The notes beneath the pieces were generated by a model. It saw only the letters and a list, made by a program, of their open reading frames with translations. It was not told the origin of the DNA and ran no database searches. A DNA stretch of 64,000 nt from a virus. Numbering within the stretch: position 1 is the stretch's first letter; each line of letters starts with the position of its first letter. Below are positions 1-9,230 of this stretch, in pieces. The position numbers were made by a program, and so were the translations under genes. The stretch lies in IMG/VR virus record IMGVR_UViG_3300045988_178965, positions 1-64,000 of that record; one strand, 5' to 3'.

Positions 1-32
1 GATTATCGATAATCAACGATAAAGACGTATTC

Positions 33-719
33 GTGTATGTTGAGAAAACAAATGTAAAAATAGAGAACGGACAGGCGATATTATCTATTGATGATACAAC
101 TGAATCGTTAAGAGAATTATCATCGGGCTTAGTAGTCAATGACCCATATAGTTCTTATTCAAAGATACTACCTGCTGAGTATAGGCTAATAAATACTACA
201 GTCGGTGAGGACTTTGGTGCAAAGCCTAAGAATGAAATTCTATTTAAATCTCCAGGCGGAAGATTTAGAGGACAGATAAGCGAAGACCTCAAAGCAGATT
301 TAACTGAAATATCAGTAACAGGCAATTCAACATATAATAATGGTATAGTAGAATCTGTATTTGGAGAATCAGAATCACCCCTATTGAAAATAAAAACTAT
401 TTTCGGTGGGGAATATAGGGCGCTAATATCTGACCAGATACCACCATACAGCGGCCCAAATGCAATTGACACGGTAGAGTCGTTGGCATCTATTAGTAGA
501 AGCTCATTAAAACTCAATATATCATCAATAACACCTTCACAATTATCACGTACATATAGCGACTCTCTTTCATCTGTAAATGGCCCATGGGCCTCGGCTA
601 TATCAAATATTAGTTCTATGGATTTCAGGCAAACTAAATCAAATATCAGTGATTCGTTAAGTACATTATTAATAAATTCTTCTTCAGTAGCGATATCAAT
701 TACATCTGGCGGACAATAA
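33..719 (+). CDS. hypothetical protein (first gene of the plus-strand structural block)
   Basis: 228-aa ORF with a GTG start. Its stop overlaps the next start (TAATG at 717-721). Same strand and packing as the tail module. No recognisable motif. Confidence 0.4.
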   Translation: MYVEKTNVKIENGQAILSIDDTTESLRELSSGLVVNDPYSSYSKILPAEYRLINTTVGEDFGAKPKNEILFKSPGGRFRGQISEDLKADLTEISVTGNSTYNNGIVESVFGESESPLLKIKTIFGGEYRALISDQIPPYSGPNAIDTVESLASISRSSLKLNISSITPSQLSRTYSDSLSSVNGPWASAISNISSMDFRQTKSNISDSLSTLLINSSSVAISITSGGQ

Positions 720-3700
720 TGAAAGCATATGGTTACCCAACAATAACATTAAAAGATAAAGAAACTGGCAAGATTAAAAAAGAGATATCTTGCAAAAATA
801 TTCAGACAATTCCTGCAAAGATGATGTTCTCTAATATCGGGTATATAGATGAAACGTACACGTTGATGATAAGACAGTCTAGCGGTAGTAATCCTATAAG
901 TTTTATATACACTATGCCATATAGGATGCCAAGGACACCGTACTATTATATGGACAACAGGGACGAGGAAGGGTGGGGAAGAAATAAATATATATTTCCA
1001 GATGGCCAGGCATCAAGGGTTGTAACAGATGTTACTGGTGTGGAAAATTTAAGATATGATAAGGATTCCAGTGGAAGAACTATTATAGTCTTTAAAGGTG
1101 TTCTATATGCTCCAGATTCTGGCGTAAGAAAAATAGGTACAATAGCATTAAATATAAGTACTGATGGAACAGAATTCTATACACCTTTGGACGAGATTAT
1201 AATTCAGGATTCTGCAACCGTAGTGGACATAACATATAAGGTTATAGTATCTGGAGACTCAGAAAGAGAATATATAACAAACCTTTCTGGAGTATTATCA
1301 TATAGTTATAGCGGAGATGGTCATGGCAATGGCGATATATCATACCCATTGAATTATAAAGAATCTATAGGAGGTATGGGTGTTAAGTCGGTGTGGAGCA
1401 TTGATGACGATAAAGTTATATTCGGATTATCAGATACGAATATGAAAAGCTCTCAATATAACAGCCTTATTATGTCTACACCTTCTGGTAGTGACAGAAA
1501 CGCCACTATAAATAGATATAGTCATAAAAATATTATGTCTCCAGCCAGAATTAGCGCTGTTAAATATGAAGATATGAAAAAATCGGGCAGCATCATAGGA
1601 TCCATTGGTGCCAGTAGAAGGTCAATATCTCCAGAATCAATTAAAAAAATTAGTAATGGGAAAGGCGTTAGTACAACTTTTTCAAAGGTAAGGGCTAATA
1701 TTAGCTCATCAATTAAGCCATTTTTCGAGGCATCATCCATTAAAAAGGGTACAGGGTTTATAAAGGCAATATCCGCAACAGAAAAATACGGCTTCCCTGA
1801 AAGATGGGAGATCGACGTATTAAAGGGCGGATCATTGGCGGATTCTGAATTTAGGGTTAGGAAAACTATAGTTTCCGGATATTATGGAAATTCCAATGTT
1901 CAATCATTTGAACCTGTTCCTCACCTATCCTATCCCGGCAATATAAATGGTATGGTATATAAAAAATATAACCATCCAGATGGAATGTATTACGAGTCTT
2001 CGCCTGCAATATGGCCGCTTTATGGGCAAAATATCGCCATTGTTATCAGAAAGGGTGTTCTACTTACATCCGTAGGAAATTCTAGGTATATAGTCTTAGA
2101 CGAAACTAACCTACCTCATGAAAACAGAGGAATACAGATTACAGGTATCGCATGGGATGATAGTAAAAAGGGACTATTAATCGGGTGTGGTGAAAGCGGA
2201 TTGTATAAGGTAGAGTTTGACAATGACACAGATGAAAGTCCTATTGTTAAGAGGGTAACAAAGGATGGCATTGAGCGCGTATATGCAATCTCTGGTAACG
2301 GTAAAGGCGGTGTCGCAATTATAACAGATGCGGGAATAATGTACTCTAGTGATCTTGGTGAGACATGGAACACCAAGCCGTTCTCAACTGTTAAAAAGCA
2401 ATTAATGGGAGTAAACTCAGAATTTAATGCCACGTTTGATTATGAAAACAAATTAAAATATGGCAATATGGGATTTGTATTATCTAGGGACGGTAATAGA
2501 GTTGCAATATGTCTATTGGGATATTCATATAATTCCGGGATTCCATTTATAGAACTAAAAACAGAGAAAAAAGGTTCTGGCACGGCATATAACTCAGAAA
2601 GGGACTACTATCAGTCATACCCAATGGCACACAGTAGAGAAGATGTGGTCTCATTAGTTCCGATATGCATTGGTCCACAAAAAGCAGAGGCAGAAAAGAC
2701 AAACGTAAGAGATATGGTTAATTCTGAAAAATATTCTCTTCAGCCAGGCGCAGCGTGGGGCATTGCTATTGACGGACGACCTGTTATGGTAGGTTATGAG
2801 TCAATAAATATAGCTTATGGCGATATCAAGAAACAGGAGTATTACGGTATGGATACACCTACATCGAATGAGTATTCTGAATCCATGCATGCTATTATTG
2901 ACGAAAAAAATAATCCTATAGTTACAAACAGGAGTCAATATCCTAGAAGTATTAGTAACGGCAGATGGTCTATCGACGTGAGAAGAAATGATTTCGGCAA
3001 AACCTATGTATTAGTGGCAGGGCCGAATATGGGTATATCCAAAGACAATCCAGATATATTTGATTATTATTCTAGTGAGAGTCAGTCTTTTACAAAGGTA
3101 AAAGAATCTAAATTTAAAACATCATCAAATAATTTCGAAATAGATGGAGTAAAATTCTCCGCATCAGGAGACAATTTTGTTGCAGGCGATTGTTTTGTAT
3201 TTCATAGGACCTATGCTTATGTAAATGACAATGTATCTACCGCATCATTCGCAATAGAAGAGTCATGTCTACCGGTTTCAAATGAGTTTGAGCAGGCTGG
3301 TACGGTATCGGAGGAAAACAATAAGCCTAAATATCGTCATCCTATTTGTACAAAAACAAATATGTACCTAACAAGAGATGGGAGGCTAAAGACCAAAGAT
3401 AAGACTCATACCCTTTTAGGATATATGAATAAGGCATACCCACAATATATATTGCCGGGATCATCTAAAATGAAGTTCGATTTATCGACGCTCAAGGGAA
3501 CATTTCTTATATCAATAAAAACGGATAGTAATTCTGGCGATTATTTTAATTATAAAAATATATTTATATCTGATATAGGCTCAGGCATATCATATCATTG
3601 TAATACAAAAAGGCCCAATTATTTGGACGATTTTTTATTACCAACAAATACGTTGTTGCAAAATCCTGGCAATTTCTCAATCACCATAGATTCAGAAAAA

Positions 3701-4279
3701 ATGGGCGTAACTGTAAATGATGGGGATAGGGTTATATGGACATCAGGTTCTGATTCTGCTGGCTCATATCAAATGAGCTATGTTACAATTGTGCCGGTAA
3801 CTACATCTAAGGTGTCTGGCACAATAAAGGTTGGATTTACACAATCCTCTCCTAGCTCACTGAATGGTGATGAAGTGGATACCGATCCGGAAATGAGATT
3901 ACCTACATTTGAATATGCATATAGAGGTGTCTTATGTACAAGACTTGGGAATGAAGATTCACGGTCTGGCACATTTGATCCAGTATTTTATGGGTTGCCT
4001 TTTATCGGTTCTCCAGATATGATAAATGTCGAGATAGATGGCAGAAATGCAGAGGTTGTATATACAAATTACCTATATCTTGAGCCTAAATTCTTCATAA
4101 AATCAGATAAGCCAAATCGTGGTGGAGTCGCTGCAAACATCTCAGCTGGACAAGTAAAAATAGAGCCCTATACTGGTCTCGTATTTTTCTCCGATGAGGA
4201 TATAGGTAAGCCATATAGAATTAGATACAAATATTACAAAGGCGATAGTCTTGGAATAGGTGAGGAAATAATTGAATAA
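719..4279 (+). CDS. large virion structural protein (1186 aa) with an Asp-box/BNR-like motif
   Basis: Long uninterrupted ORF, translationally coupled to its neighbours. One S-x-D-x-G-x-T-W Asp-box (SSDLGETW, nt 2345-2368), typical of beta-propeller/sialidase-like folds. The structural role is inferred only from position. Confidence 0.6.
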   Translation: MKAYGYPTITLKDKETGKIKKEISCKNIQTIPAKMMFSNIGYIDETYTLMIRQSSGSNPISFIYTMPYRMPRTPYYYMDNRDEEGWGRNKYIFPDGQASRVVTDVTGVENLRYDKDSSGRTIIVFKGVLYAPDSGVRKIGTIALNISTDGTEFYTPLDEIIIQDSATVVDITYKVIVSGDSEREYITNLSGVLSYSYSGDGHGNGDISYPLNYKESIGGMGVKSVWSIDDDKVIFGLSDTNMKSSQYNSLIMSTPSGSDRNATINRYSHKNIMSPARISAVKYEDMKKSGSIIGSIGASRRSISPESIKKISNGKGVSTTFSKVRANISSSIKPFFEASSIKKGTGFIKAISATEKYGFPERWEIDVLKGGSLADSEFRVRKTIVSGYYGNSNVQSFEPVPHLSYPGNINGMVYKKYNHPDGMYYESSPAIWPLYGQNIAIVIRKGVLLTSVGNSRYIVLDETNLPHENRGIQITGIAWDDSKKGLLIGCGESGLYKVEFDNDTDESPIVKRVTKDGIERVYAISGNGKGGVAIITDAGIMYSSDLGETWNTKPFSTVKKQLMGVNSEFNATFDYENKLKYGNMGFVLSRDGNRVAICLLGYSYNSGIPFIELKTEKKGSGTAYNSERDYYQSYPMAHSREDVVSLVPICIGPQKAEAEKTNVRDMVNSEKYSLQPGAAWGIAIDGRPVMVGYESINIAYGDIKKQEYYGMDTPTSNEYSESMHAIIDEKNNPIVTNRSQYPRSISNGRWSIDVRRNDFGKTYVLVAGPNMGISKDNPDIFDYYSSESQSFTKVKESKFKTSSNNFEIDGVKFSASGDNFVAGDCFVFHRTYAYVNDNVSTASFAIEESCLPVSNEFEQAGTVSEENNKPKYRHPICTKTNMYLTRDGRLKTKDKTHTLLGYMNKAYPQYILPGSSKMKFDLSTLKGTFLISIKTDSNSGDYFNYKNIFISDIGSGISYHCNTKRPNYLDDFLLPTNTLLQNPGNFSITIDSEKMGVTVNDGDRVIWTSGSDSAGSYQMSYVTIVPVTTSKVSGTIKVGFTQSSPSSLNGDEVDTDPEMRLPTFEYAYRGVLCTRLGNEDSRSGTFDPVFYGLPFIGSPDMINVEIDGRNAEVVYTNYLYLEPKFFIKSDKPNRGGVAANISAGQVKIEPYTGLVFFSDEDIGKPYRIRYKYYKGDSLGIGEEIIE

Positions 4280-4943
4280 CCGTATAAAAATATACGGATT
4301 TAAAGTCGACTTTAAGGATGGGGACTCTGTTAATGTAGCAGAGTCTACATCTGAAATTTCTCTTTGTCCGTTCTATGCATCAATACGAGACATTGAACTA
4401 AATGTACCGGCCGAGAATGTTTCTTTCACAGATAGCTTCTCAAAAGATGTTTCGGAAATTATATTTAATAAATCCATTTGGATAGATAATTATATTCGCC
4501 GCAAGAAAATTAATTTATCAGAAGAAGAACTATATATGATAAAACGAGATTTTGTCATATGCTCTGTTCTAGCTGGAGTGGCTAATAAACTATACGGAAC
4601 GCTTCTTAAAGGCCAGTCTGTTAAAAAGGTTCTCGGAGACTTCGAAGTTCAGAGAGATTCTACATTTGATGTAAGTTCTGCTCTTAAATTTGCGAATGAA
4701 TCCAAGGACTGTGCAGATGATGTTATTTCTGCCATAGACGATGCATCAACTTTATTAGCAGTCGGATTCGTTAAAGGCAAATGGAATTGTTCAAATCGTG
4801 TCTCTAATCGTGAATGGCATCACCCTAATTACAGAAGTATAATGCCAGTTGCAGCAAACAAATACTTAGAGGCAGACGGAAAATTCTACAAAACAGGATA
4901 TGGACATGGCAACGAATATATCCCCCTTTATCGCAGAGGTTGA
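4272..4943 (+). CDS. hypothetical structural-module protein
   Basis: 223-aa ORF. The only in-frame start near the upstream stop is TTG at 4272, overlapping the previous gene's stop. No motif recognised. Confidence 0.45.
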   Translation: MNNRIKIYGFKVDFKDGDSVNVAESTSEISLCPFYASIRDIELNVPAENVSFTDSFSKDVSEIIFNKSIWIDNYIRRKKINLSEEELYMIKRDFVICSVLAGVANKLYGTLLKGQSVKKVLGDFEVQRDSTFDVSSALKFANESKDCADDVISAIDDASTLLAVGFVKGKWNCSNRVSNREWHHPNYRSIMPVAANKYLEADGKFYKTGYGHGNEYIPLYRRG

Positions 4944-5430
4944 TTTAAGGCAAGAGATGGTCGATTTATTTACAGGTGACGAATTTGTAAATAAATTAAG
5001 ACCATTTATATATCGCAAATCAAGACATAATGAAGATGGAACAAAAGTAAAGTGCCACTGTTATAACGAGATAAGTAAAGAGGGTATGGCTGACTGTCCA
5101 GACTGCGGCGGCGCAGGATATCTGTGGGATGAAGAAATAGTCCCAGGACATATGTGGTTAACACGATCAATAATGCCAACAACAGGTTCATCATACAATA
5201 ACGGCATATCTCGTATTGGACGATCAATAGACTCAGCATGGGTATTAGTAATACCATATAAATTAGAGGCATTTGAAAAAGATGTTATCTATCTTCCAGT
5301 CATGAATGATGAGGGCTCAATAAAGTTTCCTATTAGAGTAGAGAAATCCTACTACATTACAGAAGTTTTAAGAGTTGGATTCGATATGGGGAGAAAAGAC
5401 TTCACAGCAATAGGACTTCAAACAAGATGA
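4900..5430 (+). CDS. hypothetical protein with a DnaJ-type zinc-ribbon motif
   Basis: 176-aa ORF. Contains CHC-x12-CPDCGGAGY, i.e. CxC ... CxxCxGxG, a four-Cys zinc-binding arrangement. Overlaps the upstream gene by 44 nt; an alternative ATG lies at 4906. Confidence 0.55.
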   Translation: MDMATNISPFIAEVDLRQEMVDLFTGDEFVNKLRPFIYRKSRHNEDGTKVKCHCYNEISKEGMADCPDCGGAGYLWDEEIVPGHMWLTRSIMPTTGSSYNNGISRIGRSIDSAWVLVIPYKLEAFEKDVIYLPVMNDEGSIKFPIRVEKSYYITEVLRVGFDMGRKDFTAIGLQTR

Positions 5431-6182
5431 TAGAAGAATATGATCTAAGAGACCCCTACGAATACGCATTAAAGCAACTTGTTCAAGTGTCAAACAGAAA
5501 GACAATTGAATCAATGTCTTTGGAGCAGGTATTTGAGGATCGTGCAGGATTAACGATTGACAATTTCATGGAATCGCTATATCCTCTATTCAAATCAGAA
5601 GGGCTTCTCATCGAAAATGAATCAGATTTTGGTCCATATGACTCAAATAAGTTTTACTTTACTGAAATTTTCCCTGACCAGCCAGATGATACGCCGGTTC
5701 AAAATGTAGTAACGTGGGAAATCTCACGAAGAGAACCGGCACTTTTTGATTCAAAGGTAGTACAAGGTGGTACTAAACAATACAGACCCGTACTGCTTGG
5801 TCAAGTAAAGACCAATCAAAACCGACTAGCAGTTGTCTATGAAGCAATGTATGACAACCTGGTTAGTTTTACGGCCTGGTCTACAAACGCTAGGGATGCA
5901 AGAAGGTTAGCTTCAACTCTGGAAAATCTTTTCCTAAAATTTAATCCGCAATTTAAACGGGCGGTTAGATATATGGTTTATAAAGGTAGGTCTTCTACTA
6001 TTAATACTGACCATTATAAAAACCGGAGACTGTTTGGAGTTACACTTTCCTATCTCATAGGAACAGCAGAACCTGGGTTCATCAAACAAGACGAGATTGT
6101 AGCAATTAAAACCTATAGTCAAGTCGTTAATTCTCTAAAGAATAGGGAAGTAGAAAAAATAACACAATTGATAGATAAATGA
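5427..6182 (+). CDS. hypothetical protein immediately upstream of the sheath gene (possible neck or tail-completion component)
   Basis: 251-aa ORF with an ATGA overlap to the previous gene. The role is inferred from position only. Confidence 0.5.
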   Translation: MIEEYDLRDPYEYALKQLVQVSNRKTIESMSLEQVFEDRAGLTIDNFMESLYPLFKSEGLLIENESDFGPYDSNKFYFTEIFPDQPDDTPVQNVVTWEISRREPALFDSKVVQGGTKQYRPVLLGQVKTNQNRLAVVYEAMYDNLVSFTAWSTNARDARRLASTLENLFLKFNPQFKRAVRYMVYKGRSSTINTDHYKNRRLFGVTLSYLIGTAEPGFIKQDEIVAIKTYSQVVNSLKNREVEKITQLIDK

Positions 6183-6194
6183 TAAGGTAAATAA

Positions 6195-8450
6195 ATGGCC
6201 ACATATCAACACTTACCAGGTGTAAACCTAGAGCTTCTGGATGGTAACCTTCGTCTTGACCAGACCGATAGCTCTCCTCGCGTACTTATTATCGGTCGCG
6301 CAGAAAAGGGTCTAACTAATGCACTGTATCCAGTAACTGACACCAACCGTGCAGCCGCTGTATTCGGTCAAGACTCTCCATTAATCCGTAAGATGTCAGA
6401 AGCTCTTATCGGCGGTGCCCGTAGAGTTTCTCTGTATCGTATTGGTGGTAAGCAAGCTAAACTGAAAAATATCTTCGGTAAAGACAGCTATCTTGCTGCA
6501 GTAGAGGCATCAGTATCAGCAGTAGACAATCTTAAAGTATACGTTGGTCCTCGTCCAAATAACGACGGTAAAGCATGTCTGATCGTATTTAAGGGCAACG
6601 AAATCGTATACTCTAACGTTCCAGGTTCAGAAATTAACCGTAACCAAGTAGAAGTATTTGGTTTTGACCCTGAGACTAAAGTTAAGATTGGTACACCAAC
6701 CGAACCAATCCCATTCTCTGAAGTTATCCTGAAAGAATACAGCCGCACTGCTAAGTTCGTTGGCAATGGTACTACTACCAAATTCAGCCTACCGGGCGTA
6801 ACAAAAACAGACGAAGTTACTGTTAAAAAATTAACTGTTGCTGGTCAAGATAAAAACTCTGGATCAGATTTCTCTGTAAAAATCGATAAAACTACATCTT
6901 CTCAGTATGTAGAGTTTACTACTGCTCCAGAGCAATCACAAGAAATTCAAGTTCTTTATTCATTCAAATCTACTGGTAAGGTTGCAGGTTCTGCAGTATT
7001 TATCGGTAACGGTACTAAAGATGAATTTGTTCTGCCAGGAACCAAGAAAACCTACGAAGTTACACTTGACGTAGTTAAAGTTGCCGGTCAAGATAAAACT
7101 GACACTGCGACTGCACAAGATGACAGCAACGGTTCTGATACCAAAACATTAAAATTGACCGAAGCTCCTAGCGAACAAAGTTCAGTGATCGTAGAATATA
7201 CCATCGACACTAAACGTGAAACCGTTGTTGGTGAGTATGAAGAGGGTGAAGATAACATCAACACCACTTGGAAAAACTACTACGAATTACTGCACACAGC
7301 TTTGGCTGAGTTGGAATCTGTTAACGCTATCTCTGTTGTAACCGACTACGCTGTAATTGATGCTCCAAACATCGCAGATGGTTCTAACGATCTTGATCGT
7401 CTGGACTACGTTTACGTTTCTGAAGATAACGGTGAGCTGAAATACGAATGGTCAACAGAAAAAGTTCTGTACCGTAAAAACCGCGGCACTGCTACCACTT
7501 CAGATCCTGCTGAAGCAGACATCAACGGTAATGGACAGCCAATTGTTCATAGACGTTACAACGAAGCAAACTTTGCACACCTGCTGGCTAACTTCGCTAA
7601 CACTATTTCTGAGAATGAACAATTCTGTCTAGTTACAATTGGTGCAACAATGCCACGTTCATTGTCTCAATACGAAGTTAACCGCTGGATTGGCTCTCCT
7701 GCAACTTATGATGCACTTGGAAACATCGTATCTAACGGTACAGGTCTGCTAGGACTGCGCAATATGGTTGAACGCGCTGACACACGTCGCGGCTTCTATA
7801 AAACCATTTCTGGCTTCGTAGACGGCGCTATTGTAACAGACTCTAACGGTGCACCAATTAATATTGGTAAATTCCTGTCTGTTGTTCCACAAGTAATCGT
7901 AACTCCATCTTACTCTTCTGCTGGTTCTAACACCATTGTTACTAACGGTGCAGCAGTTTATGCCGGTCTGATTACTACTATCGACGCCAGCGTATCTACT
8001 ACCAACATGTTGATCCCTCGTATCTCATTGCCAGGTGAAATCAAAAAACTGAAACTTGACCAACTAACCGGTGCAGGCTATGTCTTCTTCAAGACTACCA
8101 ACAACAGCGTTCGCGTAGTTTCAGGTGAACTGGCCACAACCGCCGATTCAGACTACCGTCTGCTTTCAACCACTATGGCTGTTGCTGAGGCATCTAACGC
8201 TGTACGTGATGTTGTTCAACCGTTCATCGGTCGTGGCTTGACAGAGGCGACTCTGGCTGCTGTTGACGTAGCTATTGAAGGCGCTCTGCAACGTCTGGTT
8301 GAGCAAGGACACATTGTAAAATATCTGCATGTAGTAAATCAACGTCCTATCGTTAATGGACGTGCAAGTCTGGACGTAGCTCTTACTATCGTTCCTGCAT
8401 TTGAACTGCGTGAGATTAACGTAGCCGTTAAACTGGCCCTAGAAATCTAA
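6195..8450 (+). CDS. tail sheath protein (751 aa) with a tandem internal domain duplication
   Basis: Lies directly upstream of the tube-family genes. The C-terminal region (GYVFF...SDYRLLST...VRDVVQPFIG...GALQRLVEQGHIVKY...NGRASLDVALTIVPAFELREINVAV) follows the pattern of sheath C-terminal domains recalled from T4 gp18-type proteins. Codon usage looks strongly expression-adapted (cgt/ctg/ggt/acc), unlike the neighbouring genes. Two insertion-domain repeats of about 72 aa at nt 6750-6965 and 6990-7205. Confidence 0.72.
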   Translation: MATYQHLPGVNLELLDGNLRLDQTDSSPRVLIIGRAEKGLTNALYPVTDTNRAAAVFGQDSPLIRKMSEALIGGARRVSLYRIGGKQAKLKNIFGKDSYLAAVEASVSAVDNLKVYVGPRPNNDGKACLIVFKGNEIVYSNVPGSEINRNQVEVFGFDPETKVKIGTPTEPIPFSEVILKEYSRTAKFVGNGTTTKFSLPGVTKTDEVTVKKLTVAGQDKNSGSDFSVKIDKTTSSQYVEFTTAPEQSQEIQVLYSFKSTGKVAGSAVFIGNGTKDEFVLPGTKKTYEVTLDVVKVAGQDKTDTATAQDDSNGSDTKTLKLTEAPSEQSSVIVEYTIDTKRETVVGEYEEGEDNINTTWKNYYELLHTALAELESVNAISVVTDYAVIDAPNIADGSNDLDRLDYVYVSEDNGELKYEWSTEKVLYRKNRGTATTSDPAEADINGNGQPIVHRRYNEANFAHLLANFANTISENEQFCLVTIGATMPRSLSQYEVNRWIGSPATYDALGNIVSNGTGLLGLRNMVERADTRRGFYKTISGFVDGAIVTDSNGAPINIGKFLSVVPQVIVTPSYSSAGSNTIVTNGAAVYAGLITTIDASVSTTNMLIPRISLPGEIKKLKLDQLTGAGYVFFKTTNNSVRVVSGELATTADSDYRLLSTTMAVAEASNAVRDVVQPFIGRGLTEATLAAVDVAIEGALQRLVEQGHIVKYLHVVNQRPIVNGRASLDVALTIVPAFELREINVAVKLALEI

Positions 8451-8456
8451 GATAAA

Positions 8457-8476
8457 GGAGGGGTGATAACCCCTCC
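8457..8476 (+). promoter_or_regulatory. GC-rich stem-loop between the sheath and tube genes
   Basis: GGAGGGG-tgataa-CCCCTCC, a 7-bp perfect stem, 7 nt after the sheath stop. It is followed by aaattaaat, not a clean U-tract. It could be a partial terminator or an mRNA-stabilising hairpin setting sheath:tube stoichiometry. Confidence 0.4.
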
Positions 8477-8495
8477 AAATTAAATCAGGAATATT

Positions 8496-9200
8496 ATGTC
8501 AGATTTTGTTACATATAATGCCACCACCTCTGGTGTAGATATTACACCTGTATTAGCTGGTAAGCCAATCGGCACCATGCAGATGATTTCATATCGTCTT
8601 GACCGTGAAAAAGTACCTATTCATACCATGGGTTCTCCAGATGCTCGTGCAATCGCTCGTGGTAAACGTACCTGTATGGGTTCTTGCGTATTCACAGTAT
8701 TTGACCGTGAAGCGTTATTTGATATTATGGATGAGATGGGTCGTTCAGATGTGTGGCTTGGTAAACATGAAACCGCAAACTATCGTCGTGGCGGTACTTA
8801 CAAACACATTAATAATGGCCAATATCAAGATGCTATCCCAGAAGCTGCTCGTAATGCTATCTATGGTTCAACCGATCCTAAAGCAAACAACGGCATTCGC
8901 GGTGGTGGTACATTGAATCCAGAGTATGGTAAACTGGACCTGAATACATCTCAAGGTATTCGTTCAGGCCTGCGCGACTTGACTAAAGCTCGTCTAGCAG
9001 ACCAAATCCTCCCATTTGATATCGTATTGGCTTCTACTAACGAATTCGGTAGCTCTACTAAGATGACAATCTACGGCGTAGAGTTCGTATCTGAATCCGG
9101 TGGTATTTCTATCGATGACTTAACCACAGAGAAACAATATTCATTTATTGCTCGCTCTGTATCTCCATGGGAACCGATGGATACCTTTAACTCTCGTTAA
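8496..9200 (+). CDS. tail tube protein (paralog 1 of 3)
   Basis: 234-aa ORF directly after the sheath gene, with the same highly biased codon usage. It shares two sequence blocks with the next two ORFs (..KVPIHTMGSPDARAIARGKRTCMGSCVF.. and ..ILPFDIVLASTNEFGSSTKMTIYGVEFVSESGGISIDDLTTEKQYSFIARSVSP). Confidence 0.65.
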   Translation: MSDFVTYNATTSGVDITPVLAGKPIGTMQMISYRLDREKVPIHTMGSPDARAIARGKRTCMGSCVFTVFDREALFDIMDEMGRSDVWLGKHETANYRRGGTYKHINNGQYQDAIPEAARNAIYGSTDPKANNGIRGGGTLNPEYGKLDLNTSQGIRSGLRDLTKARLADQILPFDIVLASTNEFGSSTKMTIYGVEFVSESGGISIDDLTTEKQYSFIARSVSPWEPMDTFNSR

Positions 9201-9230
9201 TACTTAAACTTATTCTCCTATAGGTGTAAT

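Noticed and set aside
155-517. 120-aa minus-strand ORF inside the first plus-strand gene. Many similar antisense ORFs occur within the large plus-strand genes, for example 1522-1740, 2116-2433, 13624-14211, 18652-19092, 25486-26013, 36274-36669, 36811-37194 and 40242-40688.
   Set aside because: All lie fully inside longer, better-supported genes on the opposite strand. They lack start contexts and have odd composition. They are expected by chance within long ORFs.
8599-8916. 105-aa alternate-frame plus-strand ORF inside the tail tube gene.
   Set aside because: It is embedded in a gene with strong frame-specific codon bias, and its translation is low-complexity and Val/Leu/Gln-rich with no motif. 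It is treated as a frame artefact.
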